Shown in pieces: positions 55,202 through 64,000 of a stretch of DNA of 64,000 nucleotides (the first letter of the stretch is position 1; each line of letters begins with the position of its first letter). The position numbers and the translations under genes were made by a program. This DNA comes from Clostridia bacterium. Lineage in GTDB: Bacteria > Bacillota > Clostridia > Oscillospirales > CAG-272. The DNA is taken from assembly GCA_017621415.1 (NCBI GenBank), contig JAGATD010000057.1:1021-65020 (forward strand), written 5' to 3'. The notes beneath the pieces were generated by a model. That model was given only the letters and a program-made list of their open reading frames with translations. It searched no databases and had not been told where the DNA came from.

Positions 55202-56393
55202 TTCCTAATTTTTTTATATGTTCAAAGAAAGCGGGATAACTCTTTTTTACCGCCTCAGCACCGATAATCTCACCGCCATACTTACTTGCAAGCACTGCAA
55301 GGGACATAACAATTCTGTGGTCGTTATGACCGTAAAGGGGCTCAAAAGGTTCATGGATCTCGGTCTTATTTACAATCACCTCGTTTTCAAGCACGGTGAT
55401 GTCAGCACCGAATTTAGAAAGCTCCTCTGCCATAACTCTGGCTCTGTCGCTCTCCTTTATCTTAAGCCTTTTTGTACCAATAAATCTCGCTCCGTTTTTA
55501 GCAGCCGCAAGGGTAAAGAGTATAGGCCCAAGGTCAGGGCAGTCTGTAATATCTATTGTAGGCGTACCGCCATCAATAGCCTTGTAATGCTCCTTATAAA
55601 CCCTGTCGCCCTGAAGACTGTCGGGATTAAGGCCGTCAACCAATACCTCGCCGCCGATAAGGTTAAAGGCATCGGGGAAAGCTGCGCCCGAGTAATCACA
55701 TTCAACAAAAACATTGCCGCCTGATGAATAATTCTGCCCGCCCTTAATATAAAGAGTGCGCTCATCCTCCCACAAAACCTCGACACCGTATTCAGCCATA
55801 GCAGCTCGGGTGAGCTCAATGTACGAGCGGCTTTCAACCTCTGTGGTTATATGAATTCTCGAGTCCTCGTTAAGCGCCGAGAGGGCAAAGAGAAGTCCTG
55901 TAATAAACTGACTGCTGATATTCCCGGGCAGGGAATAGTCTCCGGCAGAAAGAGGACCGCAAACTGTGATTTTACCGTCTTTTTGACTGTACTTTAAGCC
56001 CTTTTCCAGACAAATATCCTCATAAACCGCCATCGGTCTCTCCATCAGCCTCGGCGCTCCGATAAACACAGTCTCATTACCTGAAAGCAGGGCAATCGGG
56101 AGCATAAATCTTAAGGTGCTGCCGCTTTCACGGCAGTTAAGCTCTCTTTTCGGCTTTGCTTTCCTTATTTCGCCGCCCGAAATCTCGGCAATGCTGCCGT
56201 AAAGCAACGAGGAGATTCCAAGCTCCGAGAGGCAATCAACCGTTGCCAAAACATCGTCACAGGGAGTTATGTTAACTATTTTTGTGTTTTCACTTGCAAG
56301 CGCAGCCCCGATAAGCAGTCTGTGAGCCATGCTCTTTGATGTTGGGGGAACTATATGTCCTTTGGCTATGCTTTTTTCTATCTTAACATTCAT
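55176..56393 (-). CDS. aroA: 3-phosphoshikimate 1-carboxyvinyltransferase (EPSP synthase)
   Basis: 405 aa. PTSKSMAHRLLI and LRFMLPIA-type motifs. KESDR motif (IKESDRARVM). Confidence 0.93.
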   Translation of the reverse strand: MNVKIEKSIAKGHIVPPTSKSMAHRLLIGAALASENTKIVNITPCDDVLATVDCLSELGISSLLYGSIAEISGGEIRKAKPKRELNCRESGSTLRFMLPIALLSGNETVFIGAPRLMERPMAVYEDICLEKGLKYSQKDGKITVCGPLSAGDYSLPGNISSQFITGLLFALSALNEDSRIHITTEVESRSYIELTRAAMAEYGVEVLWEDERTLYIKGGQNYSSGGNVFVECDYSGAAFPDAFNLIGGEVLVDGLNPDSLQGDRVYKEHYKAIDGGTPTIDITDCPDLGPILFTLAAAKNGARFIGTKRLKIKESDRARVMAEELSKFGADITVLENEVIVNKTEIHEPFEPLYGHNDHRIVMSLAVLASKYGGEIIGAEAVKKSYPAFFEHIKKLGIEFKTYET

Positions 56394-56827
56394 TTCTTTA
56401 AATAATCAATGAGAAAATCAACCGCCTCGGTGTAGCCCTTAACTCCGTGACCTGTTATGGTTTTTATACAGGCGGCTCTGATGTAGCTTACCTGCCTGAA
56501 GTCCTCGCGCTCCTCTACCTTTGAAATATGAATTTCGACACAGGGCAGCATTGTGGATTTTACCGCATCAAGAAGCGCAATGCTTGTATGAGTGTACGCC
56601 CCGGGGTTAATAACTATGCCTGCCGCCCCCTCAAAATAAGCCTCCTGTATCTTGTCAACAAGGTCGCCCTCGTGGTTAGACTGGTAAAACACAGGTGTTA
56701 CTCCGAGAGATGAGCAATGTGCGTCAATCATCTCTACAACACTCTTATATGTATCTGTTCCGTACTTGTCAGGCTCTCGTATTCCAAGCATATTAAGGTT
56801 TGGACCGTTGATTATATATATCTTCAT
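56390..56827 (-). CDS. aroQ: 3-dehydroquinate dehydratase, type II
   Basis: 145 aa. INGPNLNMLGIREP N-terminus and NPGAYTHTSIAL motif. 4-nt ATGA overlap with aroA. Confidence 0.95.
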   Translation of the reverse strand: MKIYIINGPNLNMLGIREPDKYGTDTYKSVVEMIDAHCSSLGVTPVFYQSNHEGDLVDKIQEAYFEGAAGIVINPGAYTHTSIALLDAVKSTMLPCVEIHISKVEEREDFRQVSYIRAACIKTITGHGVKGYTEAVDFLIDYLKK

Positions 56828-56828
56828 T

Positions 56829-58061
56829 TTATCTTGCCTTTATAATTTTTTCTGCTACTGCCGTGGGGACATCGTCAGCATCAATTCTAACGTCTGCCGC
56901 GCCGCAGTAGATAGAATATCTTTCGTTATATCTTTTTGTTATCGCCTCTCTGTCGGAGGATAGAGGACGTGAGCTTGTGGGAACAAGCTTCTCAAGGGGT
57001 CTGTCAATAAAGAAGAGCCTGCCGCCCTCTTTCAGCGCATTGACATTTTCTTTTCTTAAAACAGCGCCGCCGCCTGTTGCTATGACAACACCGCTTTGTT
57101 TAGCAGCCTCTCTTACCGCCTCGCTCTCAAGGTCACGGAAATATTCCTCACCGTGCTTTGCGAATATCTCGGTAATAGGCATTCCCGCCTTGCTTACTAT
57201 CAGCTCATCGGTGTCAACAAGCCCACGCGAAAGTTTCTCGGAAATAAGCCTTCCGACGGTTGTTTTGCCCGAGGCGGGCATACCGATAAGAACTATATTT
57301 TCTTTTCTGCCTTTGATTTTGTCGTAAATTTCAGAAATTGCATCTTCGCTGTATTTCGTGTCAAGAAAAATCTCCGATGCTCTTACCGCCTGGGCTACAA
57401 GCATATAAAGACCGCCCTCGGCAGGAATATTTTTCTCTATAGCAGAAAGCACAAGAGGAGTTCTTAAAGGATTGTATATAGCATCAAGCACACCCTTAAG
57501 CCCGGAGAAAAGAGAAACATCAACAGGGCGCTCAAATATCTTAGGATACATACCGACAGGTGTTGTGTTGATTATATACTCGGTGTCACTGTGCTTTTCG
57601 TAAAGCTCGGAGTAGGTAACAACACCCTCTTTTGCATTTCTGCTGACGGTTATTATCTCTCTTGCTCCAAGGCTTTGTGCAACCGCACGCGCAGTCTTTG
57701 ATGTACCGCCTGTGCCCAAGATAGCAACCTTAAGCCCCGAGAGATTCACACCTATTTTTTTAACAAGGGATGAAAGACCGAAGAAGTCTGTATTGTAGCC
57801 GTAAAGCTCGCCGCTCCTGTTTACAACAGTGTTAACGGCTCCGATAAGACGAGCCCCCTCGTCAATATAGGAAAGATAGGGGATTATAGTCTCTTTATAG
57901 GGGATTGTGACATTTATAGCTTTAAACTCTCTCGCTTTGGCAAACGTGTCAAAGTTATCTCTTGCCACCTCGGTTAAGCTGTAATCATAGTCGGCAAGAT
58001 AGCCGTGTATTTCTTTAGAATAGCTGTGTCCCAGTTTTTCGCCAATCAAGCCGTAATCCAT
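56829..58061 (-). CDS. aroE: Bifunctional shikimate dehydrogenase / shikimate kinase (AroE-AroK fusion)
   Basis: 410 aa. Start moved to ATG 58061 (MDYGLIGEKLGHSYSKEIH), 10 nt after the aroC stop. The N-terminal two-thirds are AroE-like (ILGTGGTSKTA NADP site). The C-terminal third is AroK-like (Walker A GMPASGKTT, DTDELI, ATGGGAV). Confidence 0.88.
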   Translation of the reverse strand: MDYGLIGEKLGHSYSKEIHGYLADYDYSLTEVARDNFDTFAKAREFKAINVTIPYKETIIPYLSYIDEGARLIGAVNTVVNRSGELYGYNTDFFGLSSLVKKIGVNLSGLKVAILGTGGTSKTARAVAQSLGAREIITVSRNAKEGVVTYSELYEKHSDTEYIINTTPVGMYPKIFERPVDVSLFSGLKGVLDAIYNPLRTPLVLSAIEKNIPAEGGLYMLVAQAVRASEIFLDTKYSEDAISEIYDKIKGRKENIVLIGMPASGKTTVGRLISEKLSRGLVDTDELIVSKAGMPITEIFAKHGEEYFRDLESEAVREAAKQSGVVIATGGGAVLRKENVNALKEGGRLFFIDRPLEKLVPTSSRPLSSDREAITKRYNERYSIYCGAADVRIDADDVPTAVAEKIIKAR

Positions 58062-58071
58062 TTTCTTGTCC

Positions 58072-59175
58072 TTACTTTTTGTCGCCGGAGGCGAGATAAT
58101 CTGTGCCGAAGCGCACAGTGAGCATATCGGCAATAACAAGAGCTGCCACCGCATCAACAACTGCCCTCGCCCTGTGAATTATGGCAGGGTCGTGTCTGCC
58201 CTCAATTTTAAGAGCGGTGTCTTTTTTCTCCTTAAGGTCCACCGAGTCCTGCTCCTTGAAAATAGAGGGAGTAGGCTTTATCACCGTGTTAAAGAGAATG
58301 GGCATACCGTTTGTTATACCGCCGTTTATACCGCCGTTATTGTTGGTTTTTGTAATAATTTTACCCTCTCTTACGGCGAAAGCATCATTAGCCTCGCTGC
58401 CGTACATATCGGCAAAGGCAAAGCCCATGCCGAACTCAACACCCTTAACCGCGGGAACGGAGAAGAGCGCATGGGCAAGCATCGACTCCACAGTATCAAA
58501 CCAAGGCTCACCAACACCTGCGGGAACACCGATGATGGCGGTTTCAAGAATACCGCCAACGCTGTCGCCTGCCGCAGCTGCCTTTTCAGCCTCTTTACGC
58601 ATATTAATTTCAGCCGATTCGGTAAGGGTGGGGAACAGTTTTCCCTCAAGGGAGTCAATATCCTTTTCGTAGGACTCAAACCGCCTGTCAGATGCTCCGT
58701 GAAGCTCTATAATATGGCTGCCAAGCTTTATTCCCTTGGTTAAAAGAGCCCACCTTAAAATTGCGCCCGCCGCAACAAGAGCCGCTGTAACCCTGCCCGA
58801 GAAGTGACCGCCGCCTCTGTGATCCTGAAAGCCGTGGTACTTGCACTCTGCCGTATAATCTGCGTGACCGGGGCGTGGTACCCTCGCAAGAAGAGAATAG
58901 TCCTTGCTCTTTGTATTTGTGTTTGGGATTAGAATTGTAAGAGGCGTACCTGTGGTGTAGCCCTCAAACTCACCGCTTGCAATAACAAACTCGTCTTTTT
59001 CAACCCTTGATGTTGAAATTTTGCCCGAGGGTCTGCGCTCTGCGAGCCTTGCGTTTATATAATCCCTGTCAATTTTTATACCCGGTGCAACACCGTCAAG
59101 AACTGCGCCTATATATTCGCCGTGGCTCTCACCGAAAAGGGTGAGGCTTATGGCATTTCCAAATGTATTTTTCAT
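58072..59175 (-). CDS. aroC: Chorismate synthase
   Basis: 367 aa. FGESHG, RPGHADY and GRHDPAI-type motifs. Confidence 0.95.
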   Translation of the reverse strand: MKNTFGNAISLTLFGESHGEYIGAVLDGVAPGIKIDRDYINARLAERRPSGKISTSRVEKDEFVIASGEFEGYTTGTPLTILIPNTNTKSKDYSLLARVPRPGHADYTAECKYHGFQDHRGGGHFSGRVTAALVAAGAILRWALLTKGIKLGSHIIELHGASDRRFESYEKDIDSLEGKLFPTLTESAEINMRKEAEKAAAAGDSVGGILETAIIGVPAGVGEPWFDTVESMLAHALFSVPAVKGVEFGMGFAFADMYGSEANDAFAVREGKIITKTNNNGGINGGITNGMPILFNTVIKPTPSIFKEQDSVDLKEKKDTALKIEGRHDPAIIHRARAVVDAVAALVIADMLTVRFGTDYLASGDKK

Positions 59176-59191
59176 TTTAAAAATCCTGTTT

Positions 59192-60205
59192 TCAGATTTT
59201 TTTAAGACAGAGGTCCATGAAAGCCTCTGTGGTCATTTTTTCTATTCTGAACGAGCCGGGTGTATCAACAAATATTATAGAAACCATAGACCCGTCACAC
59301 TTTTTGTCATGGGTAATAAAGGAGAGGGCGTGTTCGATATTGCCTTTATACTCTGTGGGCAGTCCCGCTTTTACAAGAGCGGAGATAAGCCCGGGTCTTG
59401 CCTTGTCCGATATGGTTGCAAGCATACCGAGAGCAACGCACTCACCGTGGTAAAAGCCCCGCATCTCCTCCTCGGCCTCAATAGCATGGCCGAGAGTGTG
59501 CCCGAAGTTGAGAATTTTTCGAAGTCCCGATTCTCTCTCATCATTTTCTACAACATATTTTTTTATCTTAAGCGAGGATACAACAACTCTTTCTATATTT
59601 TCGTCGTTTATCTCGTTTTCTTCAAGGAATGAGAAAAGCTCCGAGTCGGAGGTCAGCGCCATTTTAATAACCTCTGCCATTCCGTTTGATATTTGTCTTT
59701 TCGGCAGGGTTTTAAGAGTATCAAGGTCGATAAGAACGCCTTTTGGCTGGTGGAATGCCCCGACAATATTTTTAACACCGCCAAGGTTTATGGCAGTCTT
59801 TCCGCCTATTGAAGAATCAACCTGAGAGAGCAGGGTTGTAGGGATGTTGTAAAAATCAATACCCCTCATATAAGATGCCGCAACAAAGCCGCAAAGGTCG
59901 CCAACAACACCGCCGCCAACCGCAACCATACAGTCGGTACGGGTCATGCCGAACTCAACCGCGCTTGAAAGCAGCCGAGTGTAAACCTCGGGGCTCTTTG
60001 CTCCCTCGCCCATAGGCACCGTAACAATGCGGTACTCTTTAGCGCATTTCGCAACCCTCTCGGCATACTCGCTTGGTACACCTGTGTCGGTAACAATAAA
60101 TACCTTTCTGTCAAGGTTAAAGTATTCGCCCGCAGAAGAGAGAAGTGAGCGCCCAACGGTTATATCATAGCCTCGCTCTCCGAGGTCAAGATGAAGTTTT
60201 GTCAT
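59192..60205 (-). CDS. aroB: 3-dehydroquinate synthase
   Basis: 337 aa. VAVGGGVVGDLCGF, IPTTLLSQVDSSIGGKT and NFGHTLGHAIE motifs. Confidence 0.94.
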   Translation of the reverse strand: MTKLHLDLGERGYDITVGRSLLSSAGEYFNLDRKVFIVTDTGVPSEYAERVAKCAKEYRIVTVPMGEGAKSPEVYTRLLSSAVEFGMTRTDCMVAVGGGVVGDLCGFVAASYMRGIDFYNIPTTLLSQVDSSIGGKTAINLGGVKNIVGAFHQPKGVLIDLDTLKTLPKRQISNGMAEVIKMALTSDSELFSFLEENEINDENIERVVVSSLKIKKYVVENDERESGLRKILNFGHTLGHAIEAEEEMRGFYHGECVALGMLATISDKARPGLISALVKAGLPTEYKGNIEHALSFITHDKKCDGSMVSIIFVDTPGSFRIEKMTTEAFMDLCLKKI

Positions 60206-60215
60206 AGCCTTTTCC

Positions 60216-61322
60216 TTAATTCTTTATGTAAGTGCCTGCAAATTTAAGCTTGTCACAAAATTCGCCAAGGTCCTCCATCATAGTAAGACCGTCTTCGGTC
60301 TGCACATTACCCTCTGCCTCAACATAGAAGTAGTATTCCCAGAGCAGCTCCTTCATAGGACGGCTTCTGAGAGTACGCATATTAAAGCCGTGGTTACCTA
60401 TAACGTCAATAGCCTTAGCCAAAGCGCCCGCCTCGTTGCGAACGGTGAAGAGTAAAATCGAGTGCACTCCTGTCTCGTTTGCCACACGCTTGTTTGCAAC
60501 CCTTGAGAAAACCGCAAATCTTGTGGTGTTTCCTCTTGATGTGTTTATATCGTGGTCAACAACCTCAAGGTCGAAAAGCTCAGCTGCCTCTCGGCTTGCA
60601 ATGGCGGCAACTGTGGGGTCACAAAGCTCTGCGACGTACTTTGCCGCAAGAGCGGTGTTAGAAAACTCCTGCTCGGTGTAGCCGTGCTTCTTAATATATT
60701 TTGCGCACTGGGCAAGAGCCTGAGGGTGGCTTATAACCTTCTTTATTACCATAGGGTCTGCGCCCTTTACCGCAAGCAGGTCGTGAGTGACCGCAAGCTC
60801 CAAAATGCGGTTAACATAAAGTGTGCCCGAGAACATAAGGTCTGTAACCTGACCGACCTCACCGTTATAGCTGTTTTCAACAGGGAGCACCGCAAGGTCG
60901 CATTCTCCCTTTTCAACAGCCAGATAGGCGCTCTTAAAGTCGCCAAAGGCAACCTTTTCGGCGGTGGGGTAGAGCTTAGATGCGGCAATGTGAGCAAAGG
61001 CGCCCTCAGTACCGCAGTACGCAATCCTCATTCCCGACATAATTCTGCCTTGATACGCACGGGATACTGCCATATTGTTACGAAGAAAGTTTACATAATA
61101 CTCGCGTATAACCTCGTCTTCAACAAGCAGCGAGTTACGGGCTACTACCTCGTCTTCTCTTGCTGCGTCAAAAATAGCAAGTCCTCTTGCCATTTTGTAA
61201 TCGGCAACAGTCTCGGCAGCTTTCATTCGCTCCACAAAGAGCTTTGCCATTTTTGCATCAATTTCGTTTATCTTTTTTCTCGCTGTGTCAAGGGAGGTCT
61301 CTTTTGATTTTTCGTTAGCCAT
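60216..61322 (-). CDS. pheA: Bifunctional chorismate mutase / prephenate dehydratase
   Basis: 368 aa. N-terminal AroQ-type CM helix bundle (RKKINEIDAKMAKLFVERM). PDT domain (IAYCGTEGAFAH, NTTRF). C-terminal ACT domain. Confidence 0.9.
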   Translation of the reverse strand: MANEKSKETSLDTARKKINEIDAKMAKLFVERMKAAETVADYKMARGLAIFDAAREDEVVARNSLLVEDEVIREYYVNFLRNNMAVSRAYQGRIMSGMRIAYCGTEGAFAHIAASKLYPTAEKVAFGDFKSAYLAVEKGECDLAVLPVENSYNGEVGQVTDLMFSGTLYVNRILELAVTHDLLAVKGADPMVIKKVISHPQALAQCAKYIKKHGYTEQEFSNTALAAKYVAELCDPTVAAIASREAAELFDLEVVDHDINTSRGNTTRFAVFSRVANKRVANETGVHSILLFTVRNEAGALAKAIDVIGNHGFNMRTLRSRPMKELLWEYYFYVEAEGNVQTEDGLTMMEDLGEFCDKLKFAGTYIKN

Positions 61323-61334
61323 TTTCTTTCTCGC

Positions 61335-62516
61335 TTATTTATAGGATTCGGCAAGAGCACGGAACGCAGGAAGCGCTCGCTCGATTTCCTCGGTTTTAAC
61401 GCAGTATGAAAGACGCGCATAGCCGGGAGCGCCAAAATCGTCGCTGGGAACTATCAGAATTTCGTGCTTTTTTGCTCTCTCGCAAAATTCGGTTGCATCA
61501 CCGCTTGGTGATTTGATAAAGAGATAAAACGCTCCGTCGGGCTTTACTGTCTCAAGACCGTATTTTGTAAAGGTGTCAATAAGGAGCTTGCGGTTTCTGT
61601 CATAGATAGAAACGTCAGAGACCTCCCCAAGACAAAGAGGCAAAAGCTTTTGTAAAAGGCTGGGAGCGCAAACAAAGCCGAGGGCTCGTCCCGCACCGCA
61701 CACCGCCTGATAAACCGAAACGAAATCTAAGCATCTTGGAGAAACAAGCACATAGCCTATTCTCTCACCCGGCAGGGACAGAGACTTTGAGTACGAATAG
61801 CAAACAATTGTGTTGTCGTAATATTTTGTGAGGTAGGGTACCTTAACACCGTCATAAACAAGCTCGCGGTAGGGCTCGTCTGCAATGATGTAAATAGTTG
61901 TACCAAGCTCCTCTTCCTTTTTCTTAAGCAGGGCAGAAAGAGCGGTGATGTTCTCCTCGGTAAACACAGCGCCTGTGGGATTGTTGGGGGAATTTATAAT
62001 TATTGCGGCAGTTTTTTCGTTTATTGCCTCCTCAATTGCCGAAATGTCAAGCTGGAAGTCGGAGTCGCACATAACCTCCCTGATTACCGCTCCGCATCTT
62101 TCGATAAATACCTTGTATTCGGGGAAGTAGGGGGCAGGCACAATAACCTCAGCTCCGGGGGTAGTAAGAGCGGTAAGTGAAATTGTAAGAGCCGCCGCTG
62201 CGCCGACAGTCATATAAAGGCAGTCTGCGGTAACATTTTCACCCTGTGTTTTGTTAATATAATCGGCAATAGCAGCGCGAACACCCGCATCTCCCTGTGC
62301 CGATGTATAGCCGTGAAGCAGAATAGAGCTTTCCTCTTTAATGAGCTTCACAAGATTTTCATTGACCGAGTCGGGGGCGGGAACACTGGGGTTTCCGAGG
62401 GAAAAGTCATAAACATTTTCTGCTCCGATTTCAGCCTTTCTCTTTTTTCCATATTCAAAAAGCTCACGAATAACCGAGCGGCGTGCGCCAAGCTCTCTCA
62501 TTTTCTGATTTATCAC
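61335..62516 (-). CDS. Pyridoxal phosphate-dependent aminotransferase, class I (probable aromatic/aspartate aminotransferase)
   Basis: 393 aa. NPNNPTG-like INSPNNPTG. PLP-lysine motif YSYSKSLSLPGERIGY. GTG start behind AGGAGA. Confidence 0.88.
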   Translation of the reverse strand: MINQKMRELGARRSVIRELFEYGKKRKAEIGAENVYDFSLGNPSVPAPDSVNENLVKLIKEESSILLHGYTSAQGDAGVRAAIADYINKTQGENVTADCLYMTVGAAAALTISLTALTTPGAEVIVPAPYFPEYKVFIERCGAVIREVMCDSDFQLDISAIEEAINEKTAAIIINSPNNPTGAVFTEENITALSALLKKKEEELGTTIYIIADEPYRELVYDGVKVPYLTKYYDNTIVCYSYSKSLSLPGERIGYVLVSPRCLDFVSVYQAVCGAGRALGFVCAPSLLQKLLPLCLGEVSDVSIYDRNRKLLIDTFTKYGLETVKPDGAFYLFIKSPSGDATEFCERAKKHEILIVPSDDFGAPGYARLSYCVKTEEIERALPAFRALAESYK

Positions 62517-62554
62517 GGTATTTTCTCCTAAATATATAAAAGTAGATATTATAT

Positions 62555-62582
62555 ATTATAAACACCGAGCGGAAAAAGTCAA
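62555..62582 (-). promoter_or_regulatory. Promoter of the aromatic amino-acid operon
   Basis: Minus strand: TTGACT (62577-62582), 16 nt, TATAAT (62555-62560). Leaves only about a 35-40 nt leader. Confidence 0.55.
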
Positions 62583-62640
62583 GTATTTTTGGGTAAAAAA
62601 ACATTAAAGCAAATAAAAAAACTATAAAATTTCGTTATGC

Positions 62641-62669
62641 TTGAAAAAATAAGATTTTTGTGGTAAAAT
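62641..62669 (+). promoter_or_regulatory. Promoter of the FAD-dependent protein gene
   Basis: TTGAAA (62641-62646), 17 nt, TGgTAAAAT (62661-62669). Confidence 0.55.
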
Positions 62670-62697
62670 AAAAGAAAACTTAAGGTGCGGTGAGCTA

Positions 62698-64000
62698 ATG
62701 GTAAAACTAAGCATAAAGCTGCCTCTCTCTTACAGCAGGGAGGATATAATTTCGGAAATTCTCTCGGCATTGCCTGTTCAAAGAGATGAGATAAGAGAAA
62801 CCGCCATAGTAAAAAGAACGCTCAACCTTTCGGATAAATCGGATATTCATTACGATGCGGCGGTGGCTTTCTCCGCTTCTCCCGAGAGGGAAGCGGGACT
62901 TTTAAAAATGAAAAAAAAGGTCTCGGAATACCCGAGCTATAAATTAACACTCCCCGAGTATAAGGGAGAGATGCGCCCTGTTGTTGTGGGAGCCGGTCCG
63001 GCGGGGCTTTTTGCCGCGTTGGCTCTTGCCGAGTCGGGGGCTTGCCCCATTCTTCTCGAGAGAGGACTCGATGTTGATGCGCGGGGCAAAAGGGTGAAAT
63101 CATTTGCTCACTTTGGAGCGCTGGACCCCGAGTGCAACGTGCAGTTTGGCGAGGGCGGGGCAGGAACATACTCCGACGGCAAGCTTAAGGTCGGCAGTAT
63201 GGATAAATACAAAATGAAGGTGCTTTCCGAGTTCGTTTTGGCAGGGGCTGATGAGGATATTATGTACTCGGCAACCGCCCATGTGGGAACAGATAAGCTG
63301 CCGGGTATAGTTAAAAAAATACGAAATAAAATAACCGCTCTCGGCGGAGAAGTTCTTTTTGGAAGAAGACTTTCGGAAATAAAAATAAAAGACGGAAAGG
63401 TGGCTAGCGTTGTCGCCAAAACAGCCGACGGAGAAGATGCGTTTAAGTGCGATAGCCTTGTTCTTGCGGCAGGGCACTCGGCTCGTGATGTTTTTGAAAT
63501 CCTAAAGAATATAGGCGCTGTGCTCGAGCCGCGAGGCTTTGGAATAGGTGTGAGAATTGAGCACCCGAGAGAATATATAAACGAGCTTGTATACGGCAAA
63601 AATTACCCCGATATTCTCGAGACTGCAAGCTACCACCTTGTCACTCATTTAAAAAACGGACGGAGTGTATACAGCTTTTGTATGTGCCCCGGGGGTACCG
63701 TTGTCCCCGCTGCAAGCGAGGAGGGCGGAATTGTCACCAACGGTATGAGCGAATATCTCCGTAACGGTGAAAACTCAAATGCCGCGTTCCTAGTCTCGGT
63801 GACTCCCGAGGATTTTGGCTCGGATGACCCTCTTTCGGGTATAGACCTTCAGCGGAGAATAGAGAGAAATGCATATTGCTTAACAGGCTCTTATAAAGCT
63901 CCCTCTCAGTCGCTTGCTTCGCTTAAGGATGGGGGACTATCATCCTCGGAGGTGAAGCCAAGCTATAAAATCGGCACACATCTTTTTTCGGTAAATGAAT
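62698..64000 (+). CDS. FAD-dependent dehydrogenase (COG2509-like), 3'-truncated by the window edge
   Basis: Not in the ORF track because no stop is reached. My own translation from ATG 62698 stays open to 64000: MVKLSIKLPLSYSREDI.., dinucleotide motif VVVGAGPAGLFAALALA, GEGGAGTYSDGKL, FCMCPGGTVV. Confidence 0.85.
   Translation, partial: MVKLSIKLPLSYSREDIISEILSALPVQRDEIRETAIVKRTLNLSDKSDIHYDAAVAFSASPEREAGLLKMKKKVSEYPSYKLTLPEYKGEMRPVVVGAGPAGLFAALALAESGACPILLERGLDVDARGKRVKSFAHFGALDPECNVQFGEGGAGTYSDGKLKVGSMDKYKMKVLSEFVLAGADEDIMYSATAHVGTDKLPGIVKKIRNKITALGGEVLFGRRLSEIKIKDGKVASVVAKTADGEDAFKCDSLVLAAGHSARDVFEILKNIGAVLEPRGFGIGVRIEHPREYINELVYGKNYPDILETASYHLVTHLKNGRSVYSFCMCPGGTVVPAASEEGGIVTNGMSEYLRNGENSNAAFLVSVTPEDFGSDDPLSGIDLQRRIERNAYCLTGSYKAPSQSLASLKDGGLSSSEVKPSYKIGTHLFSVNE

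Noticed and set aside
60552-61307. 251-aa + strand ORF antisense to pheA.
   Set aside because: It is a shadow ORF. pheA on the minus strand has CM, PDT and ACT features.
62517-62697. T-box or attenuator leader expected upstream of the aromatic amino-acid operon.
   Set aside because: The best promoter leaves only about 35-40 nt before the GTG start. No specifier-loop or terminator-like structure is visible in the 180-nt divergent region.
1-64000. Mobile elements, prophage, defence islands, and tRNA/rRNA genes.
   Set aside because: I found no transposase, integrase, phage structural, restriction or cas-like ORFs and no cloverleaf-like intergenic sequences. The composition looks uniform by eye.

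Overview
The window looks like a chromosomal segment of a spore-forming Firmicute of class Clostridia, possibly Oscillospiraceae/Ruminococcaceae-like. That placement rests on gene content only: PolC, class-3 FBPase, split transketolase, and SpoVB- and YtvI-like genes. I call about 50 protein-coding genes. I found no rRNA, tRNA, CRISPR array, transposase or integrase.

Most of the window is conserved housekeeping:
- the pyrH-frr-uppS-cdsA-dxr-rseP-ispG-polC block (13.6-24.4 kb)
- nifS-nifU-mnmA (32.0-34.8 kb)
- a complete 9-gene aromatic amino-acid operon on the minus strand (53.3-62.5 kb)

The stand-out region is a single 14.2-kb operon (35.2-49.6 kb).
- It encodes a 1190-aa solute-binding protein with two CBM-like modules and two complete ABC permease pairs.
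- It also encodes a 997-aa exported LRR/NHL-propeller/TPR protein anchored by a Yip1-like membrane domain, and a 1182-aa secreted protein with no motif I can recognise.
- It contains no ATPase and no recognisable glycosidase.
- I regard it as the best candidate for an uncharacterised extracellular capture/import system.

Smaller observations:
- a 22-codon upstream ORF whose stop codon lies inside an intrinsic terminator ahead of a CNNM/CorC-type gene
- a tandem double-hairpin repeat that duplicates the 3' end of the DAHP synthase gene and shows one compensatory base-pair change
- a structured 3' UTR element after the big operon
- a translationally coupled trio of small unknown proteins
- terminator hairpins abutting the fbp and spoVB start codons

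All family assignments come from motifs read by eye. No searches were run.
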